Shown here: in pieces, positions 35,559 to 41,282 of the stretch
How positions within the stretch are numbered: the stretch's first letter is position 1
Layout: each line of letters begins with the position of its first letter
Origin: Dimorphilus gyrociliatus
Lineage: Eukaryota; Animalia; Annelida
Assembly (NCBI GenBank): GCA_904063045.1
Contig: CAJFCJ010000102.1
Location: forward strand, 1-41,282
DNA length: 41,282 nucleotides
Direction: 5' to 3'
Program-made: the position numbers and the translations under genes
The notes under the pieces: generated by a model
What the model was told of the DNA's origin: nothing
The model's input: the letters and a program-made list of their open reading frames with translations, nothing else
Database searches by the model: none

Positions 35559-37400
35559 ATTATGGTTAAACGAGACGATAGACTGTTATAGATATATGAT
35601 TTAATGTTGTAAAAGACGCTGATGTGAACATAATTGGTAATATTGATAATTGCGAAGAAGAACCTTTGAATCTGATCTATTTCAATGTCGAAAAATAGCC
35701 TGAGATACGGTAAAATTGTGACTTGGGAATATCCTTACGTTGAATTTGTTGAAAAGAATGTATAACAGAATAGTATATGCTTAGGGATGAGATAAAGAAA
35801 ATTAAGAATCAAGGTTAAAAGGTTGATGCCTGTTTGGAGGAAAAGTAGGATAATCTAATGTATCTTTTGCTCATGTTAATGAATTCGAACACATCAACTT
35901 TATATATATACATATACTATTACTACTGTTTATTGTGTATTAGAATATGGTGGATGGAAGATAAATCTCCCAAAGCGTGTAAAAAGGTTGAATGAATAGT
36001 ATGTTTGTCTATGTTAACGATTGTTGTAAGGGAATTAAAGAGAAGACTAGATAATTCAGATGCATACAAAAAGAAATTGTATTCGTTAATTTGCTCTTTC
36101 AATGATTTCATATACAAAACTGAAAATATGAATTGCACAACTGATACATAAATTCATTATTTTACAGAAATGATAGATATCATAATAGATATGCCGAAAA
36201 CAACATCAAACAAATGTGAACTTCTGCCTAAGCACTCTCCTCTTTGTGCTGAATTTTTATCAAAATTTTAATCCTCTCTTCCTTTCCATTTGCCTTCTAT
36301 CGGATCGGATCGATGGCGATTGATAATGGTCGTTGCGTCGCCATCACCAATCAGACAGTTTAGCAGAAAGGAGAAATTAGCTTGAAAAGTGTTGGTACCT
36401 CCGTTAGGAGGCAAAAAAAAAGTCATTGCATCAACCAATGATTTTTATTGTCAAAACTGCGACATAGAAGTATTCAACACAATCGAGATGAATTCAGTAG
36501 GAGAATCTGAAAGCAAAGGGAATGAATTGTAAAAAATAAAAGTTTTATTGTCAATTTGCATCTTAAATATACATACTTCATTTTATTGTTTATCTGCAAT
36601 TCTACTGGTTAAAGAAGAAGAGAAAGAAAGGGGATGAAAGATCCAGGATTGCAGATAACAATGCGCTTCCCTAGAATACAGGGTTATCGTAGATGCTCAT
36701 CAGTAGCCATTCTTGGATCTCTGTTTTATAGTTACGCTACGGTTTGATGCTAGAAATTAAAAAATAAAATAGAATAGATTAGCGTATAACTTTTACAAGA
36801 GATTTCAACACTTACCAGTTTCAGCATATCAGGCGAAAGAGGAAGAGGTTGGTTGTCGTCTTCTATTTATTGAAAGGAAAAATTGGCGATTGGTCGCTTT
36901 AATTCTATTCACCGATTGGACAATCATATATTAAATTATGGTTGATTGGATTATTGATCTAATTTAAATATTCTATGCGAAGCTATTTTTTTAAAGTTTA
37001 TTAAATAAACTCATTTTAAGCATAATATAATTGTAAAAATAAAATGATGCTAATCAAATAAACTGTTCAATGTATATACTTAAAAAATTTTTTTTTTTAT
37101 CATTTCCGGTTTTAAATAAAACTATTAATTTTTACTTTATAAGACCTTTAAAAAACGAAAAATAGTTATTTTACAAGTCTTTAGGTGTTTATGTTTAAAT
37201 ATGTTTGGAAATTTTTGAAAAAGAACGTAAGAATAAGTATTTTTTATAGACGCTGAAATAACAACAGTATAAAAGGTAAGGAAATACTTAACGGAACGAA
37301 TAAAAGACCTATATAAATCAATGCTATTGATAATAAAGAGTAGGATGTAGTTAAAAAGTCGAATATGTATGACATTAGAATACGATGTAAAATATTAATA

Positions 37401-39323
37401 TTAGATCAAAAATGAATCCAATTGTGTTATAGTAATTTCACATATTTGCAGTAGATTAGCATAATTAGTCATTTTATAGATAATTAATAATGTATCTATA
37501 ACGGATTGCTGACACTGGAATTCGCAAGTTTTGCCATAGGTTTGATGAGAAAGATATTCATTGGAAAGATGACATTTTTGATAATTATTCTCATTATTAT
37601 TGCAGGTATGACCTTTGGAATGTTTCCATAAATCTATAGTTTCGCAGGATGGGTAACGATTTTCATCCCTAATCCATAATTGAACTTTTAAACTACTATT
37701 ATAACTCTTACGTATAGCTATTTCATCGAAACGGTTAACTCTTATTGGATAGCATGTTTCCAGATCGTTATCAACGATAATCTGATTATCTGACGTAATT
37801 GAATTATCGTACGAATAGCAAATGAATCGTTTAAGTGATAAAGTTATAGTCACCGGATCATTTTGTCGTTTTGTCAAGCATGCTTTTACAATAGGTAGAT
37901 TCTTTGTTGATAGATTAACGTAACCGTGAATAATTGTATCATTATTGATATTATTAGTGCACATGCATGACAAACTTTCATTAGTAAAGCATTGACTAGT
38001 TGAATTGAAAAACCTTATCCTATGACCGTTCATTCCGTAGAGGTCAAAGTAGAATTGATCGGTAACAGCAACTCCTTTACAATAGACTGTTATTGCTTGG
38101 AAACAATAATCGGCGTTTATTTTAGTTGCTTCAAGTCCATTTTCATTAAAACTATAAATATTTTATTTAGGTCATTGAATCATTGTTTGTTTGTTTAGTA
38201 TGTTTGTTTGTTTTTATAGTTACCCTTTATAATAATCCAGATAGCCGGAACAATACGAATTGCTATCAGACTTAATGGCTCTTGTGAATTGTTGAAGTAT
38301 ATTCTCGTTTACAGTTCTAAAGGCTTTATTATCATCTTCATCCTTTGCGCAGAATACTGCAGCAGCTACTCGAGGTGTACGTGACATTGCCTCTATTTCA
38401 AAGACTCCTTCGAAAGTACCCTTACTCCTATCGAATTGAAAATTTAGCCACTTTGTATAGATAGATAAAGATTGATGTGACCATTGAGATATTGAATTGA
38501 TGATCATTACAAATCTACTCTGTTCATTTAGAATATCAATTGTAGGAATTGTATTGGAGAGCGGTTGATTTATCCTTATCTCCTCAATAAGATAACGTTT
38601 GAAAAATGTTATCTTTATGAAAGGTTTTATCTCGTTATTGTTGTCGGAGGCTAACCACATTTCGTCAAAAATATTAATACGATCCTGAATTGCCGACAAA
38701 CACTTTCCGCTCGACGATTGACAAACGGCGCCCAACTCTGTACTTGCCACGTTGTGCATAGTTAAATTGATTGTTTCGTGAATAAAGGTTAGCGTAGACG
38801 AATCGAGTGGATTATGTTTCGACATTTCAAGGCAGGACGAATAGGTTTGAACTCGAGTGAAAGCCTGAAATTCGCCAACGGAAAATTCATCATAATCCGA
38901 TTCGTTTAATCGTAAAATAATCTTTTGAGGTGTAATAGCATCTTCCAAATGAAATTCATTCCATCCTCTATTTACTTCGTATACAAAACTCTTATTATTA
39001 CTATTATCTTTCATTAAGAATGTAACAGAGATTTTTTCCCTATTTAATCTCGTCTGCAGAAATCGTATTTTAACAATACTAAACTCTCCTCTCATAGTGA
39101 AATTTAACGTTTCTAGATATTTATTTGGAGTATTGAAATCGGATTTCCATTCCAAAGAGCTTCCGTCCATTGTATTTCGTATATGGAAATTATTGGCCGT
39201 ACTACTGGAATCTCTGTAAACCTTCAAAGCAACTTCAATAGTATTTAAATACATATTCAACATAGATTCAATCTTTCCGGTAAGGAAACCAAAAATGATG
39301 ATAAATTGAAAGAAGATTCTCAT
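37401..39323 (-). CDS. Secreted ~616-aa protein with discoidin/F5-8-like domains and a Caspr/neurexin-IV-type fibrinogen-like domain (2 exons: 39323-38224, 38151-37401)
   Basis: Signal peptide MRIFFQFIIIFGFLTGKIES. A 72-bp intron (38223-38152) joins ORFs 38220-39356 and 37401-38033 in frame. NVASTELGAVCQSS..WLA..IKITF..GVFEIEAM is a discoidin-like pattern; LEATKINADYCFQAITVYCK..CMC..GYV..KNLPI parallels the Caspr fibrinogen-like segment. Confidence 0.85.
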
Positions 39324-39649
39324 ATTAAATATTCCCTTTACTACTCTTCTTAGCAAAAAGTTTCATTAGAAATGAAGATAAAATAACTGTAACGTCTCTT
39401 TAATTATTCATTAAAATGAGTTGTATAGATTATTTATTGTCGGCTGTTTGACAATTTATTATGGATTATAAAATATCTCTATTCAATTCGAAATATCACA
39501 CAACAGACATAATAATAACCTTTATAAATAATTTATTATAGTAATGTATTTTTAATCGGTTTTTATTTTCCATACTTTTTTCCATTTTATTCTCAGTTGT
39601 TGTATCATTAACTAAAATTGAAGAGATTAATAAAAGTTTATCTTTGAAT

Positions 39650-40102
39650 TTACGGTTCTCTTAACTTTTTTACAAGGAAGATTGTATCTTCAGCCGCTTC
39701 TAGGATACTTTTGTGCATTTGACCCTTTTCTCTTTCCAATTTCACTCTCATCACTTCTTGAATTAGTTCCTCTTCTAAACCGAAATGCATTTCTGAATTC
39801 TCTTTGATCCTCCTAGCGAAATGGTCATCATCGGTTACTGTCGGTCCTAGAGATTCTGCCTGAATTCCTTCCTCTATTGCTTTTGTCGCTCCAACCGCTC
39901 CTCCAATAAGTCCAATTCCCAATATTGCACGTTTTATCGCTCCAATACCCAGCGTCGATCTTACAACTCTTCCAACAACACCTTCTTCTACTCCTCCTCC
40001 TCCTCCGACGGCTTCAACAGCGTTTCCACTATCCTTGATAATCTCTTCAGCGGCCAGCAATAATTCATCGTCGGAATTATCTTCAATACTAAGCCTTTCC
40101 AT
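39650..40102 (-). CDS. Hypothetical 150-aa protein with acidic N-terminus, Gly-rich hydrophobic segment and charged helical C-terminus
   Basis: Open 453-bp frame in AT-rich context, with GGGGG and LGIGAIKRAILGIGLIGGAVGAT. The frame extends 12 codons upstream to a possible acceptor. Confidence 0.6.
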   Translation of the reverse strand: MERLSIEDNSDDELLLAAEEIIKDSGNAVEAVGGGGGVEEGVVGRVVRSTLGIGAIKRAILGIGLIGGAVGATKAIEEGIQAESLGPTVTDDDHFARRIKENSEMHFGLEEELIQEVMRVKLEREKGQMHKSILEAAEDTIFLVKKLREP

Positions 40103-40883
40103 TCTCCTTTCGGAACGTGTTCTACCGTAATCAGTCTTCTATCTGGGTCACTGTGATTTGAGTAGAGTAAAATATCATTGTTATAGACTTAAAAAGAAGG
40201 AAAACACGTGTAAGGGCATATGTATATATTCATATATATATATATATATGAATATAATCGTTTTTTCATCTATTTCATCTTATTTTAACTTTAATGTTGA
40301 AATTTAATTAAATATATAGAAATTTCAACTTGAAAATGACACATTTCTTTATAAATCTTATGGAAAAATGCATTTATTTCAACATTTTTTAATAAAAATT
40401 TAATCGTTTATTCAAATTGTTAATTGCGTAGTAAATTACGAAGATGACTATGGACCATGCTTCCGTCATTATTCATAGAAATTTGCTGTAGAATCACGTA
40501 ATGGACTGCAATTTCATTAATATTATAAACGAATTATTCGTTTGTTTTATTTAGCATCAATTTTAAAGTGTTTAATGTGAGAGAATGTTGTAAAATAGGG
40601 AGAAAAGGACAAACTTGAGGAAAGGTTAAAAGAATTTTTTTTTCCCTTTTAATTAAAATATTTCCGAATATTTTAATCTAATTTTATTTATTAATTTGTT
40701 AAAAGAGATTATTAAGCGTCCATTTTTTGTGCTGGACTATTAATAACCGTTGGACGTTTCAAATTATGAGACGGCTATTCTAATTGGTTATCAAGCGATT
40801 TTGTGCCCCACGAGGAGTCGACGCCATGTCATTTTGGAAGCTACCGTCATTGCGTTAAGACAAGTCAAACCGATTTTGTTAAA

Positions 40884-41015
40884 ATGAACCAAGCCAACTC
40901 GATTGAGATGAACCAAACCAATTCTACTGAGATGAACAAAGTCGACTCTACTGAAACGAGCCAAACCAACTCTACTGAGACGAACCCAACCGACTCTGTT
41001 GGGCCGAACCAAGGC
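40884..41015 (+). repeat. 24-bp coding minisatellite, ~5.5 units
   Basis: Units start at 40884, 40908, 40932, 40956, 40980 and 41004; consensus A(T/C)GAACCAAACCAACTCTACTGAG. Confidence 0.9.
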
Positions 41016-41282
41016 AAAAGTGCTGAAGTAAAAAAAGGTGAGTATATAAAGAAGTTGATTGAAATTGTTCAGATGACCGAAACCAACTACGCTAGTATGT
41101 CTGACTCCGACTTTGTGCGTCGTGTTGTATCTGATTTAAAGGAGGAGCAACAGTTGTATATTGCAGATTTTAAAATGAATACGAAATCTTTAATAAAGTT
41201 GGAAAAAGAATTAAAGAAAAGATTAATCCAAAGCACGAAAGGAGAGTCAGACGAGGAACTTGCGGCTAAATTTCTGAACGAA
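40884..41282 (+). CDS. Hypothetical protein, 3'-truncated by the window; 8-aa N-terminal tandem repeats then a charged helical region
   Basis: ATG at 40884 is open for 133 codons to the window end (MNQANSIEMNQTNSTE...KKLIEIVQM...LEKELKKRL...). A possible donor AG|GTGAGT lies at 41038. Confidence 0.6.
   Translation, partial: MNQANSIEMNQTNSTEMNKVDSTETSQTNSTETNPTDSVGPNQGKSAEVKKGEYIKKLIEIVQMTETNYASMSDSDFVRRVVSDLKEEQQLYIADFKMNTKSLIKLEKELKKRLIQSTKGESDEELAAKFLNE

Noticed and set aside
1-41282. CRISPR array, rRNA, tRNA, prokaryotic defence system
   Set aside because: No repeat-spacer periodicity, rRNA motifs, tRNA cloverleaf or operon structure; the DNA is spliceosomal-intron-containing eukaryotic sequence.

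Overview
AT-rich eukaryotic (invertebrate) genomic DNA with short GT-AG introns of about 58-76 bp. The style recalls compact spiralian genomes such as the annelid Dimorphilus, but this is an unverified impression. No rRNA, tRNA, CRISPR or prokaryotic operon was seen. The window is a duplication-built, transposon-rich region with five components. (i) One apparently intact secreted discoidin/F5-8-like + Caspr-type fibrinogen-like gene (37.4-39.3 kb) and a frameshifted discoidin + FAMeT-like relative (7.8-9.8 kb). (ii) A spliced ZSWIM3-N/FAR1-type (MULE-derived) domain gene (10.6-11.2 kb). (iii) Four decayed copies of an unknown multi-exon protein gene, all on the minus strand (about 5.2-7.0, 12.5-14.8, 20.2-21.0 and 29.9-30.9 kb). 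(iv) Six copies, in three diverged subfamilies, of a ~200-bp cassette with near-fixed geometry: TGACGTCA (CRE), CACGTG (E-box) 24-27 bp later, and GCCATATTT (YY1) 186-188 bp after the CRE. (v) Deletion-riddled R2/NeSL-type non-LTR and BEL/Pao LTR retroelement relics, plus unassigned, possibly virus-like ORFs at 23.6-24.1 kb and 39.6-41.3 kb. All alignments and translations were done by eye, so identities and boundaries are approximate.
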